64,000 nucleotides of DNA from Patescibacteria group bacterium UBA6241 (GCA_002441425.1 DJWB01000001.1:105653-169652); one strand, 5' to 3'; positions 10,672 to 20,997 are shown, numbered from the stretch's first letter. Numbers and translations are program-made. The notes: generated by a model not told the origin, from the letters alone.

Positions 10672-11703
10672 ATGAACAGGCTGTGGGCCCCCGTGCTTCT
10701 CTTTGTACTCCTTTTGAGTTCAGTTCCTTTCTCTGTTGAGGCAGCAAACCTGCCTCTCTTGGATCCTAATTGGCACATAGTTCCAGACGCTTCAGAACTA
10801 GACCCTGCATGTAAAGAAGGAGCACCGCTTGGGTTTGCGGGAGCGTTGCAGCTTATACAGAACGTGATGAACGCAATGGTGTCTTTGGGCATCGTTGTGT
10901 TTGTGCTCGTGATCATGTTCTCTGGAGTACTTTGGATTCTTACCTCAGCTAATCCGGAAAACCATTCAAAGGCAAAACAAATGCTTACGAATGCTGTTAT
11001 TGGATTCCTGATTATGCTTTCTGGTTGGATTATCGTGGACTTCGTTATGAAGACACTCTATGACGGAGACACAGCAGGCTTCGGTCCTTGGAATACTATT
11101 CTCATTGGAGGAAACTACTGCATAACTGCGCCAGACGAAGCTCCTCCAGGTCTTGCAACAGGCATAACGCAAATACCTGGAAGTGGAGGCGGGTATGCAG
11201 GAGGACCAGCAAGCGTTGGATCAGGAAACTGCTCTCCCTCAACCATACTTTCAGCTGCTGCAGCGGGCGGATACCCAATAACGCAGGCACAAGCAAATAC
11301 TCTTTCTTGTATTGCAAAGCCAGAAAGTTCTTGCGGAACTAACATCTCGGGAGCACGTACTGTGGATGGCAGACCAACAACAGCACACGGTATGTTCCAG
11401 ATTGTTATGGGATACAGCGATACCTGTCACAGCCTTAATATTCCAGTCTGTACTGAAGCAGCGAAGCGTGCAGGGTGGACTGGAACAGGAAATCTCAATT
11501 GCTCAACTGCGTTCAGTGGCGGGCGAGTTAAGGCTGGAAAAGAGGATCTTGCACGTGTGTGTAGAGCTGCCGCAGCTAATCTAACCTGTAACGTGGCAGC
11601 TGCTGCGTGTCTTCTTAAAGAGCGTCCAAGCTTTAGCGACTGGACTGCAGACCCACGCAGCTTTGCGCAGAAAGCATGTGTGGCTCGCTTCTCAGGAGGG
11701 TAA
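10672..11703 (+). CDS. CPR pilin-like membrane protein with C-terminal lysozyme/SLT-like domain
   Basis: Signal peptide, two TM helices around ANPENHSKAKQMLTNA, Gly linker, IAKPESSCG and AHGMFQI motifs, many Cys. Confidence 0.65.
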   Translation: MNRLWAPVLLFVLLLSSVPFSVEAANLPLLDPNWHIVPDASELDPACKEGAPLGFAGALQLIQNVMNAMVSLGIVVFVLVIMFSGVLWILTSANPENHSKAKQMLTNAVIGFLIMLSGWIIVDFVMKTLYDGDTAGFGPWNTILIGGNYCITAPDEAPPGLATGITQIPGSGGGYAGGPASVGSGNCSPSTILSAAAAGGYPITQAQANTLSCIAKPESSCGTNISGARTVDGRPTTAHGMFQIVMGYSDTCHSLNIPVCTEAAKRAGWTGTGNLNCSTAFSGGRVKAGKEDLARVCRAAAANLTCNVAAAACLLKERPSFSDWTADPRSFAQKACVARFSGG

Positions 11704-11712
11704 TATGACTAT

Positions 11713-12285
11713 ATGAAAAACCGTACGCTCATCATCATCGCCTCAGTACTTCTCGCATTCACCGTGGTTATTGTGCTTGTGGTCTCTTTTGTACTTCTCA
11801 CTGGCTCTTCAAGCACAGAGTCTCCGGGAGACGATCAGCTCATTCCAACAACAGGACTCTTTCCCTCAGGCTTTGATACTACAGAGACTAGTACGCTCTC
11901 AACTGCAGAGGGGGAGTTGGTTGTTAATGATTTTGTCCATAATGGAGAGACTGTTGCAGACCCAGTGAATCCTGGAAATTATGTACTTGCGGGAGATGTT
12001 GGGTACTGTCTTGCAGACGGAACTTGCCCGCATGGAGCAGATAGTGAGCGGTACTCAATATCCTATGACGATCAGAAGCAGTTCTTCACCGTGATTCTAC
12101 TCAAAGAACCACTTAACGAGTCTAGGCTTGCTGCAGAGACTTTCCTTATTGAACGCCTTGGAATCTCAAGAGAGGAACTCTGTCTTCTTAATTCTTATGT
12201 TGGGATTCCGTACTGGGTGAATGATCGCTTTGCAGACGGAACAGTTGGCTTCAGTGCTTGCCCGCAATCAGTTAGACTTCCTTAA
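11713..12285 (+). CDS. membrane-anchored hypothetical protein
   Basis: N-terminal TM helix, Cys pairs; operonic between the two pilin-like genes. Confidence 0.75.
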   Translation: MKNRTLIIIASVLLAFTVVIVLVVSFVLLTGSSSTESPGDDQLIPTTGLFPSGFDTTETSTLSTAEGELVVNDFVHNGETVADPVNPGNYVLAGDVGYCLADGTCPHGADSERYSISYDDQKQFFTVILLKEPLNESRLAAETFLIERLGISREELCLLNSYVGIPYWVNDRFADGTVGFSACPQSVRLP

Positions 12286-12288
12286 TAC

Positions 12289-13197
12289 ATGAAATACTTC
12301 TTCCTTCCGCTTCTCGTACTCGCTTTCATAACCACGCCGCTCTCAGCATTTGCAGCACAAGCATCTTTCTTTGGCCCTATTGTTCCTGAGATTTGTAACG
12401 CGTGTCCCTGCGGATTCGGCGGAGTGATGCAGCTCATACAGAACGTGATGAATATCATGATCTCGTTCTCCATTATCTTCGCAACCATCATAATTGCGTG
12501 GGGTGGCGCATTGTACATCTTCTCCTCAGCAAACCCAGAGAGCAGAAGTACTGCAAACAAAATGCTCATAAATGCGGCCGTGGGCATCATGATTGTGCTC
12601 TCTGCATGGCTTATCGTGGACTTCGTTATGAAAACGCTCTACGGAGGTCAATTTGGGCCTTGGAACACTATCCTTACGGGCACCGGAGAGGACTGTATAA
12701 CCAAAAAGGAAACTCAACCTTTATTCGGAGGATCTATAACAACAGTTCCTGGAACAGGTGGCGGTGGAGGAGGCTCAGGAACTCCTGGAACTATGACACA
12801 CGCTGCCGCTGCAGCAATACTCCAAGCTGCAGGGATTAGTGTCTCTTCTTCAGGAAACTGTTCAGACAAAACTAATTCCAGTTGTACCTCGCTAGATGGA
12901 ATGCATGAGAGCACAATACGGCAGGTTGTTGCCGTTAAGGAGAATTGCAACTGTTCAGTTGTGGTAACCGGAGGAACTGAGACTGGACACTCCTCAGGAC
13001 ACTCAAATGGATACAAGATTGATATCCGCACCGGAAGCGACATAAATACTTTCCTTCAAGGATTGCGGTCTTTAGGTGCCTCAAGTCAGGGCTATCCTAG
13101 ATATGCGGACAAATGTGGAAACGTATATATGCACGAAAGCAACCCAGACCACTGGGACATCAATGTAACGCAGGGATTGTGTAGCCCGCTTAGGTAG
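12289..13197 (+). CDS. CPR pilin-like membrane protein with C-terminal putative Zn-peptidase (M15-like) domain
   Basis: Same N-domain as 10672 (QLIQNVMN...IVDFVMKTLY.G..FGPWNTIL); C-terminal TGGTETGH..GHSNGYKID...HWD. Confidence 0.6.
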   Translation: MKYFFLPLLVLAFITTPLSAFAAQASFFGPIVPEICNACPCGFGGVMQLIQNVMNIMISFSIIFATIIIAWGGALYIFSSANPESRSTANKMLINAAVGIMIVLSAWLIVDFVMKTLYGGQFGPWNTILTGTGEDCITKKETQPLFGGSITTVPGTGGGGGGSGTPGTMTHAAAAAILQAAGISVSSSGNCSDKTNSSCTSLDGMHESTIRQVVAVKENCNCSVVVTGGTETGHSSGHSNGYKIDIRTGSDINTFLQGLRSLGASSQGYPRYADKCGNVYMHESNPDHWDINVTQGLCSPLR

Positions 13198-14020
13198 CAA
13201 GTGTACGTAGCCAGTTTCTTTGGTGTCTTGCGTAGTGCCAAAGTTTTGAAGAGAGGCTTGGGAGGAGCGAAGTTTCGCTGCGCTCGTCTCGCAAGTATTC
13301 TCCTATAATCTTGTATTCAAGACCAAGCTCATTCAGTCGCTCGTCTCCAACGTGCGCACGCACGGTCCGTACCTCTTCAATGAGTCCACGATCAAATGCA
13401 GACTGGAGCCGTGCAACAATTCTCTCGCGCAATACATCACGTTCAGGATTGCAGATCTCCCATATAATCTCATGCTTAGGTTCCGTACGCTCTCGCTCAG
13501 GAACTGATCCTTTGTCATAAATAATCTCAAGTGCACGTACTATTCTTCTTTTGTTTTGTGGATCTAGACGACTCGCGCGACGAGGATCTAGACGTTCTAC
13601 TTCTTCCATAAGCTCAGGAAGGGAACGTGCTTCCAAATCCTTCCGAAGCTCTTCGTTTCGCGGAGTTCCTTCAGGGAGTCCATACAAAAGTGCATCAAAA
13701 TAAAAGTGTGTGCCACCTGCGAGTATGGGACGCTTTCCTCGCGCACGTATGTCTGCAATAAGCTTTTCCGCGTCACGCACTAAATCTCCTGCGCTGTATA
13801 CCTCGCGAGGATCCAGTACGTCTATAAGATGATGCGGGACACCCAGCATCTCTTCTTTTGAGATCTTCTCAGTCCCAATATCAAGCCCAATATATACTTG
13901 TCTGGAATCAACAGAGATAACCTCTCCATCAAGTTCCAGCGCAAGTTCTATTGCCTTGGTAGACTTTCCTGAGGCAGTTGGGCCTATAACACCTATGAGG
14001 GGCAGAGGGTCAGTGGTCAC
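13190..14020 (-). CDS. miaA: tRNA dimethylallyltransferase
   Basis: GPTASGKS, DSRQVY, GTEK, PHHLID, GGTHFY; probable GTG start at 14020. Confidence 0.95.
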   Translation of the reverse strand: MTTDPLPLIGVIGPTASGKSTKAIELALELDGEVISVDSRQVYIGLDIGTEKISKEEMLGVPHHLIDVLDPREVYSAGDLVRDAEKLIADIRARGKRPILAGGTHFYFDALLYGLPEGTPRNEELRKDLEARSLPELMEEVERLDPRRASRLDPQNKRRIVRALEIIYDKGSVPERERTEPKHEIIWEICNPERDVLRERIVARLQSAFDRGLIEEVRTVRAHVGDERLNELGLEYKIIGEYLRDERSETSLLPSLSSKLWHYARHQRNWLRTLAT

Positions 14021-14069
14021 GGTACGTAGGCGGATGGTATCATTACTGAAACGTAACGAAAAGATAAGT

Positions 14070-14732
14070 ATGGCTAAAGAACAAAAGAGCAACTATTGCG
14101 AATATTGTGGAGACTTTCATGATCCATTCCGGGAATATCATTCAAGTGTCCGTGTAGGCGAGACGGTCCCAGACTACGAGTTTGAGACATTCTACAGAAA
14201 CGATACACAGACCATGAAGTTCTCAGACTTCAGAGGGAAGTGGCTTGTGGTTATGTTTTACCCAGCAGACTTCACCTTTGTCTGTCCTACAGAGCTTGAG
14301 GAGATGGCACTCTTGTATCCAAAGCTTCAGAAGATTAATGCTGAGGTAGTCTCGTTCTCAACAGACACCGTATTCGTGCACAAGGCGTGGCACGACACCT
14401 CTGAAGCAATTAAGAAGATTGAGTTTCCTATGGGTGCTGATCCGTCAGGAAAGATTGCTGATGCGTTTGGTGTACTCGTTGAGGGAGGAGATCTTCCGTT
14501 TGTACCAGACGAGGGACTCGCCCTTCGCGGTACTTTCATCATTGATCCCTCTGGAACCCTGCGCTCAATGGAGGTTAATGACAACAGCATCGGCCGCGCT
14601 GCAAAGGAAACATTCCGCAAGCTTCAGGCAGCTCAGTTTGTTGAGAGCAACCATGGCCAAGTGTGTCCTGCTTCATGGGAACCGGGAGATGATACCTTGG
14701 AACCAGGCATGGATCTGGTCGGAAAGATTTAA
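14070..14732 (+). CDS. ahpC: 2-Cys peroxiredoxin AhpC with N-terminal extension
   Basis: FYPADFTFVCPTE and QVCPASW. Confidence 0.95.
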   Translation: MAKEQKSNYCEYCGDFHDPFREYHSSVRVGETVPDYEFETFYRNDTQTMKFSDFRGKWLVVMFYPADFTFVCPTELEEMALLYPKLQKINAEVVSFSTDTVFVHKAWHDTSEAIKKIEFPMGADPSGKIADAFGVLVEGGDLPFVPDEGLALRGTFIIDPSGTLRSMEVNDNSIGRAAKETFRKLQAAQFVESNHGQVCPASWEPGDDTLEPGMDLVGKI

Positions 14733-14791
14733 TGACAAAATAAAACAGACCGGAATACATTTCGGTCTGTTTTATTATTTCCACCCTAAAC

Positions 14792-15484
14792 TTAGCTCTT
14801 ATGAAGTCCGATTGTCTGCAGCAGGCGAGCTACTTCAACCGTTCGGGATACTTTTACCGTGTATTTAATTTTCCCAGATGATAGTTTAAGCAAGTTAAAC
14901 TTTGGACGGTAACCTAATTCACTAAGCATGTCTCGTGTGTCTTCAGCAAGAAGACGGGAATTATTTACAAAATTAACCATTTGGTACCCACGATCCTTGT
15001 ATATACATCCGTCAGTCTGAATAAGACCGCGCAAACATTCTTCCGTGTATAACTGATTCTTGCGTATCCATACTGGAACTCTAGCCTCCTGCTTTGCCTT
15101 TGACCCTTGTCCTACTTTCCAAGGCATCCATTCGTCTAAAGCTTTTGAATAAACACTTATATCAAAACAATTTTGGTGCTTTCGCCTAACAATTGAAACT
15201 TTATTATGAGGTAAGAGTTGCTTAAGAGCTGTAATAATTTCCTCGGCAATTGCTGGATAGCGCTCATCGCAAGAAATGCGTAAGCGGGTTACCCGCTTAT
15301 TAGGACTAGACAGGTTTCCATCTCCAAGAGCTATGCCAACAATGTAAGCAAGTACTTTCTTATCAATAGCTTTTATTTGTGCCGCAGGCGGGACTTGAAC
15401 CCGCACGCCGTTTCCGACAGGGGATTTTGAGACCCCTATGTCTACCAATTCCATCACCGCGGCATTGACGTTACTATATTTCAC
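14792..15484 (-). CDS. LAGLIDADG homing endonuclease-like protein (start uncertain, frame overlaps tRNA)
   Basis: Two motifs LAYIVGIALGDG and CLRGLIQTDG. Confidence 0.85.
   Translation of the reverse strand: MKYSNVNAAVMELVDIGVSKSPVGNGVRVQVPPAAQIKAIDKKVLAYIVGIALGDGNLSSPNKRVTRLRISCDERYPAIAEEIITALKQLLPHNKVSIVRRKHQNCFDISVYSKALDEWMPWKVGQGSKAKQEARVPVWIRKNQLYTEECLRGLIQTDGCIYKDRGYQMVNFVNNSRLLAEDTRDMLSELGYRPKFNLLKLSSGKIKYTVKVSRTVEVARLLQTIGLHKS
15380..15463 (-). tRNA. tRNA-Leu(CAA)
   Basis: Anticodon arm ggggt-ctCAAaa-tcccc, long variable arm, GGTTCAAGTCCC. Confidence 0.93.
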
Positions 15485-15565
15485 TAGGTAAATAATAACA
15501 AATATGAAGATACTGCACAGGCAATACTCTCGTAAAGGAGGGACGCGATGCTACAATAGCGTGTA

Positions 15566-16600
15566 ATGAGCATGTTTGGAAATGATTCAAAGGAGCCAGC
15601 AAAGTTTGCTGAGCCTACAAAGTACGACTCAGTATTCTGGGTTGAGGTTGATCGCATTCAACCAAACCCCTATCAGCCACGTCTTGAATTTGACGAAGAC
15701 AGACTCAAGGCACTCGCTGAGTCCATTCGCCAGTATGGCGTTCTGCAGCCGCTTGTTGTTACGAGAAGCGAAGTAGAGAAGGCAGGAGGAGGAATACAAG
15801 CCGCCTATGAACTTATCGCTGGAGAGCGTCGTTTGCGCGCATCTAAACTCATTGGTCTTAAAGAGATTCCCGTTGTTATTCGTGCGGGCGAGCAGTCCGA
15901 CAAAATGAAGTTGGAGCTCGCTATTATTGAAAACCTGCAACGAGAAGATTTAAATGCTATAGATCGTGCAAAGGCACTCGCGCAACTTGCTGAGACGTTC
16001 TCTCTTTCAATGGTTGAAATTGGTGCGAAGATCGGACGCAGTCGCGAGTACGTATCAAACTCAATACGTCTTCTGCAACTTCCTGAAGCAATTCAGCAAG
16101 CAGTGGTAAACAAAGAGCTTTCGGAAGGACACGCGCGTGCACTTCTCATGCTTAACGATAGACCTGACGAGCGAGACACGCTCTTTAAGGAGATTGTTTT
16201 AAAGAAGACCTCAGTGCGCATGGTTGAACAAATGGCGCGCAGACTCGCCCAAGACAAGATTCGCAAGCATGACAAAACTCCAGAGATTATGGCGCTTGAG
16301 AAGTCTCTCACCGAGACACTCGGTACCCGTGTGCTTATTGAGAACCGTCCGCAAGGAGGCAGACTCCTCATTGAATTCTTCTCTCCAGAAGATCTCTCAC
16401 ACATAACGGCAATGCTCGCGCTCCGCGAAGAAGGCCAGGAGCATGAGTTTACGCCAGTACCAGAGACTCCAGTTGCAGCTGAACCAACTCTGTATCCAAA
16501 CACAACCCAACTAGACGAACTTCCAAAGGTTGAAAAAAGAGAAGAACCAAAGCCGGAACCAGAAGAAAATCTCTATTCAATCAGCAACTTTACGGTTTAG
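15566..16600 (+). CDS. parB: ParB/Spo0J partition protein
   Basis: PNPYQPR, LQPLVV, YELIAGERRLRA, ENLQREDLN. Confidence 0.95.
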   Translation: MSMFGNDSKEPAKFAEPTKYDSVFWVEVDRIQPNPYQPRLEFDEDRLKALAESIRQYGVLQPLVVTRSEVEKAGGGIQAAYELIAGERRLRASKLIGLKEIPVVIRAGEQSDKMKLELAIIENLQREDLNAIDRAKALAQLAETFSLSMVEIGAKIGRSREYVSNSIRLLQLPEAIQQAVVNKELSEGHARALLMLNDRPDERDTLFKEIVLKKTSVRMVEQMARRLAQDKIRKHDKTPEIMALEKSLTETLGTRVLIENRPQGGRLLIEFFSPEDLSHITAMLALREEGQEHEFTPVPETPVAAEPTLYPNTTQLDELPKVEKREEPKPEPEENLYSISNFTV

Positions 16601-18185
16601 TTTTCTTTGCTTTCTTTTTAGCCTTTAAGTCTTGGGTACGCATTGATTTCTCTCTCGCTTCAAGCGCATTTCTAATGTGCCTGCGTGCCATTGAAGTACG
16701 TGCATACTCAATCCAACGAGCTGTTGGATGTGCAGATTTTGATTTAAGGATTTCTATAATGTCTCCGTTCCCAAGCTTTGAATCAAAAGAAACAAGCTTG
16801 CCGTTTACTTTTGCTCCTTGCATATGATTTCCAAGGTCAGAATGTATGGCGTACGCAAAATCAACGGGTGTTGATTGTGTAGGCAGGTCTATAACGTCTC
16901 CAATAGGAGTGAACACAAAGATTCTGTGAGAGAAGAAGTCGCTCTTAAGTCCCTCTACAAACTCGTCTGCACCAACTTCAATGTGTGCTTCTTTGAGCTC
17001 TGTGAGCCATAGCGGCACATCAGGAGAATTTGTTGCGCCCTTGAGGGGAACATGTACAGGAGCCTTCTTAAGATTAAGGAGGGCAGGCACAAGATCGCGA
17101 ATCCAGGGGAATGAAATTCTTTGGAATGCATTCTTTCCTGCAGTCTTTGCGAGTGCCTTGTATGACATGTGTGAAGCAATACCGAACTGTGCACGCTGGT
17201 GCATGTCTTTGGTGCGCACCTGCATCTCAACAATGCCTGCCTCCGCCGTTACAACCGTAGTGTGTAGAGACTGGTATCCGTTAGGCTTTGGAAACGATAT
17301 GTAGTCCTTAAACTCTCCCGGGAGCGGTTTCCAGAGCGCATGAATAACTCCGAGTGCGGTATAACAATCATCAACTGTAGGAACAACAACACGCAGTGCA
17401 GCAATGTCATGAATGCGCGTAATATCGTCTCCTTTGCGCTTTAGCTTTTGATGCAAACTCCAAAGACCCTTCATACGAATGGATGTAGAGAAGTCTTTCA
17501 CACCCTTGCGAACGAGGGCATGCTGCAATTCCTTTTGCACGCGTGCGAGACCAACCTCAGTCTCTTTGTTCTTTAATTTGCGAACTTCAATGGCATGCTG
17601 GTACGCGTCTGGATCAATAGCAGGGAACGCCAAGTCTTCCAGTTCCTTCTTCAGACTTCCCATACCAAGCCGGTCTGCAATAGGTGCAAAGATTTCAAGT
17701 GTCTCAAGTGCAATACGCTTTCGCTTTGCTTCAGGCACATGCTCAAGCGTAGTCATGTTGTGGTACCGATCTGCCAACTTGATGATAAGCACTCTAATAT
17801 CGGCAGACGTTGCAACCAGAAGGCGTCTCAGACTCTCTGCGTGGCGCTCTCCGCCCTGATATTTGTGCTTGCCGAGCTTCGTAACCCCTTCGACTAAAAA
17901 CAGCACCTCAGAGCCAAATAGAGTCTCAACCTCTTCAGGAGTTGCCATCGCATCTTCAATTGCGTCATGCAAAAGGGCAGCCGCAATAGTGCGTGAGTCC
18001 ATGCCAAGTTCTGCAAGATGCTTTGCAACTGCAGAGGGGTGTATGAAATAAGGCTCGCCCGAATATCGCGTATGTCCCTCGTGTGCCTTTTTAGCAAACT
18101 CGTATGCTTTCTCAATTAGGGCCGTATCTTCAGGAGACGGGTTCTGAACCTGAGCTAAAATTTCCTTAACCGTCGTCATAGGCAA
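16590..18185 (-). CDS. RelA/SpoT family (p)ppGpp synthetase/hydrolase (HD + synthetase + TGS)
   Basis: SGEPYFIHP, LLHDAIED, KDYISFPKPNGYQSLHT, VDFAYAIHS. Confidence 0.95.
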   Translation of the reverse strand: MPMTTVKEILAQVQNPSPEDTALIEKAYEFAKKAHEGHTRYSGEPYFIHPSAVAKHLAELGMDSRTIAAALLHDAIEDAMATPEEVETLFGSEVLFLVEGVTKLGKHKYQGGERHAESLRRLLVATSADIRVLIIKLADRYHNMTTLEHVPEAKRKRIALETLEIFAPIADRLGMGSLKKELEDLAFPAIDPDAYQHAIEVRKLKNKETEVGLARVQKELQHALVRKGVKDFSTSIRMKGLWSLHQKLKRKGDDITRIHDIAALRVVVPTVDDCYTALGVIHALWKPLPGEFKDYISFPKPNGYQSLHTTVVTAEAGIVEMQVRTKDMHQRAQFGIASHMSYKALAKTAGKNAFQRISFPWIRDLVPALLNLKKAPVHVPLKGATNSPDVPLWLTELKEAHIEVGADEFVEGLKSDFFSHRIFVFTPIGDVIDLPTQSTPVDFAYAIHSDLGNHMQGAKVNGKLVSFDSKLGNGDIIEILKSKSAHPTARWIEYARTSMARRHIRNALEAREKSMRTQDLKAKKKAKKTKP

Positions 18186-18217
18186 AGGATACTCGCTCGC
18201 AGGCTGCGTGGCAAAGC

Positions 18218-20593
18218 CTATTTCAGATACTCAGCAGCTTCAAGCGGAGTAAGCTCATCTGCCTTTTGGCTTTCAGGCAGGTATATACGACGCAATCCTT
18301 TCTTAAGGAAGAGTCCAGCTTTAGACTTGTACAACACTATTTGCTTCCCAGTCTTTGGGTGTTTGCCAACTTCGCGCACGATATCAACGCCCTTAGGAGG
18401 ACGCTTAGGTTCTGCGAGCACCTCAACTGCTCGGTCTAGCGTTACAGTGTATGGATCGTCAGCACCTTTAAGTGAACGGAACTCTCCATCATGTCCAACA
18501 TAGGGACCAAAGCGTCCGATATTAGCAACAACAGGCTTTCCAGTGCCTGGATGCATGCCGAGTTCACGTGGAAGAGAAAGATAATGTAGAGCATCAGCCA
18601 GAGAAACTGCTGAGAGGTCAGTACCTGCAGGAATGCTTGCACGCTTTAGTGCTTTCTTTGGGCGACCCTTCGCCTTCTTTGGTTTTCCAGCTTTCGTGAG
18701 TTCAACAGGTGCTTCAACTTCAGGAAGTTCCATCTCAACATATGGACCGTATCTCCCAGTCTTAACAAATATAGGAGCACCTGTTGCAGGGTCTGTTCCA
18801 ATGGGTTCGTCGCTTTTAAGTTCTGTCCCGTCTTCCTGGCGTGCTCCTTCACATTCAGGATAGCGAGTACAGCTCATAAAGATGCCGCCACGTCCAAGCT
18901 TAAACTCCATAACTGCTCCACAAAGAGGACAGACAAACTCTTCTGGTACAGGACCAAGAGATGTTGCTTTCGGAAGATCTTCCTTTGACAGCACTGCCTT
19001 TGAGAATGGTTTATAAAACTCTGAAAGAGTAGCCTCGTATCCACGCTCTCCGCGCGCAATCTCGTCTAGCTCGTCTTCCATCTCTGCCGTAAAGGAATCA
19101 GATACGTAGTGCGCAAAATGCTCTTCAAGCCATCCAGATACAACCATACCTGTTGCAGTTGGCATGAGGGTGCGTCCAGTCTTTTCAACATACCCACGAT
19201 CCTGAATGGTCTTCATGGTGCTTGCGTACGTAGATGGGCGTCCAATACCTCGCTTCTCAAGCTCTTTAATGAGGCCTGCTTCTGTGTAGCGGTTGGGCGG
19301 CTCTGTCTGCTTTTCTAGGGAACCGAGTGAAAGCAGGGTAAGGGACTCTCCTTCAGAAAGTTTTGGAAGTTCAACATCCTCTCCCCGCGCTTTCGTGTCG
19401 CAGGCGAGCCAGCCTGGGAAAATAAGACGGGAACCATTTGCAGAGAACAAAGGAATCTCTGCAGATGCCTTTGCTTTAACACTGGTACGCAGCATCTTTG
19501 CTGCTGACATCTGAGAAGAAAGTGTGCGGTTGCGTATGAGTTCGTACACTGCAGTCTCGTCTCCTGTTGCACCCGCTGTTTTTTTTGCCGGGTCTGTTGG
19601 ACGCACAGCCTCGTGTGCTTCCTGTGCATTCTTGCTCGTTGTCTTATAGGCACGTACTTCTACGTACTCCTTTCCGTATTCTTTCTCGGCAACAGCAGCA
19701 AGCTTTTCAACAGCCTCTTTTCCAAGGGATACGGAGTCCGTACGCATATAGGTTATGTGCCCAGCTTCATACAGTTTCTGTGCAGCACGCATCGTGCGTG
19801 AAGGAGAGAATCCAAGACGTGTAGACGCTGCCTGCTGCAACGTTGAAGTTGTAAACGGTGGTTTAGGATTTCTTTCCTCAGCGCGCTCTTTAACTTCTGC
19901 AACGGTCCATGATGCAACACGACCTTCTTCAACAATGCGAGAAGCTTCCTTTGGATCATTCGGCTCCTCAGTACACTTGGCAGGGAATTCGCCTCCAGTT
20001 GCTTTGAATTGAGCGTCTAGAGTGTAATAGGTTTCCGGAACAAACGCCTTAATCTCTCGCTCTCGTTCAGCAAGAATACGAAGCGCAGGGGATTGTACGC
20101 GTCCTGCAGAAAGTCCGTACCGTACCTTCTTCCAGATAAGTCCGGATAGGTCGTACCCAACAATGCGATCAAGTACACGCCTCGCTTCTTGTGCCTGGCG
20201 CAAGTTCTCATCAATAGCTCGCGGATGCTGGAGTGCTTCCTCTACGGCAGTCTTTGTAATCTCATGAAATACAACACGCTGAGGCTTCTTAAGCCCAACT
20301 GCCTCCTTTACGTGCCAGGCAATAGCCTCTCCTTCGCGGTCGGGGTCAGTTGCAAGGAAGACCTCCTCAGCTTTTGCAGCTGCAGTCTTAATTTTCTCAA
20401 TAACCTCTCGCTTATCTGGAGAAACTACATAACGAGGCACAAAGCCATCTTCAATATCAACAGCGTCCTTATTGGACTTAGGGAGGTCACGCACATGACC
20501 AACAGAGGCAAGCACCTCGTACTCTTTTCCGAGGTACTGCTGTATGGTGCGCGCCTTTGCAGGGGACTCAACAATTAAAAGTCTCTTTGCCAT
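18218..20593 (-). CDS. topA: DNA topoisomerase I
   Basis: LLIVESPAKA, ATDPDREGEAI, SAGRVQS, ITYMRTDS, Zn ribbon and C-terminal repeats. Confidence 0.97.
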   Translation of the reverse strand: MAKRLLIVESPAKARTIQQYLGKEYEVLASVGHVRDLPKSNKDAVDIEDGFVPRYVVSPDKREVIEKIKTAAAKAEEVFLATDPDREGEAIAWHVKEAVGLKKPQRVVFHEITKTAVEEALQHPRAIDENLRQAQEARRVLDRIVGYDLSGLIWKKVRYGLSAGRVQSPALRILAEREREIKAFVPETYYTLDAQFKATGGEFPAKCTEEPNDPKEASRIVEEGRVASWTVAEVKERAEERNPKPPFTTSTLQQAASTRLGFSPSRTMRAAQKLYEAGHITYMRTDSVSLGKEAVEKLAAVAEKEYGKEYVEVRAYKTTSKNAQEAHEAVRPTDPAKKTAGATGDETAVYELIRNRTLSSQMSAAKMLRTSVKAKASAEIPLFSANGSRLIFPGWLACDTKARGEDVELPKLSEGESLTLLSLGSLEKQTEPPNRYTEAGLIKELEKRGIGRPSTYASTMKTIQDRGYVEKTGRTLMPTATGMVVSGWLEEHFAHYVSDSFTAEMEDELDEIARGERGYEATLSEFYKPFSKAVLSKEDLPKATSLGPVPEEFVCPLCGAVMEFKLGRGGIFMSCTRYPECEGARQEDGTELKSDEPIGTDPATGAPIFVKTGRYGPYVEMELPEVEAPVELTKAGKPKKAKGRPKKALKRASIPAGTDLSAVSLADALHYLSLPRELGMHPGTGKPVVANIGRFGPYVGHDGEFRSLKGADDPYTVTLDRAVEVLAEPKRPPKGVDIVREVGKHPKTGKQIVLYKSKAGLFLKKGLRRIYLPESQKADELTPLEAAEYLK

Positions 20594-20703
20594 GTGTGCT
20601 AACACATACCGCGCATACCTATATATGGTCAAGTTTTGAAAGTGCGCGGGAAATGAAAAAGCCTACGAAAAACGCAGGCTTTGCCTGGAAGAAGGACGCG
20701 CCG

Positions 20704-20997
20704 CTAGGCGTGTCTCTCGTGATACCAGACGAAGAAAAGGGTGATGAGGCCGAACGTCGCGTAGAAGATGCAGGCGACGATGAGCGGCAGGGCATTGATC
20801 CAGTGCCACTTGAATTGGTCCATGGGATCAACCAGGAACCACGCACTGGCAATGACAGCCGCCTTGATCGCCGCCGCTAAAACGCCGACGAAAACCCCAG
20901 GCCAGATGATTCTGATCGCTGGCCAACACCCCGGGTGGACCCAGAAGTAATATGGCCACGCCAGCCACTTTAAGAAAAGACCAGAAGTCCCAGACAT
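20704..20997 (-). CDS. small integral membrane hypothetical protein
   Basis: 97 aa, hydrophobic segments, GGAGAG RBS, downstream hairpin. Confidence 0.55.
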   Translation of the reverse strand: MSGTSGLFLKWLAWPYYFWVHPGCWPAIRIIWPGVFVGVLAAAIKAAVIASAWFLVDPMDQFKWHWINALPLIVACIFYATFGLITLFFVWYHERHA

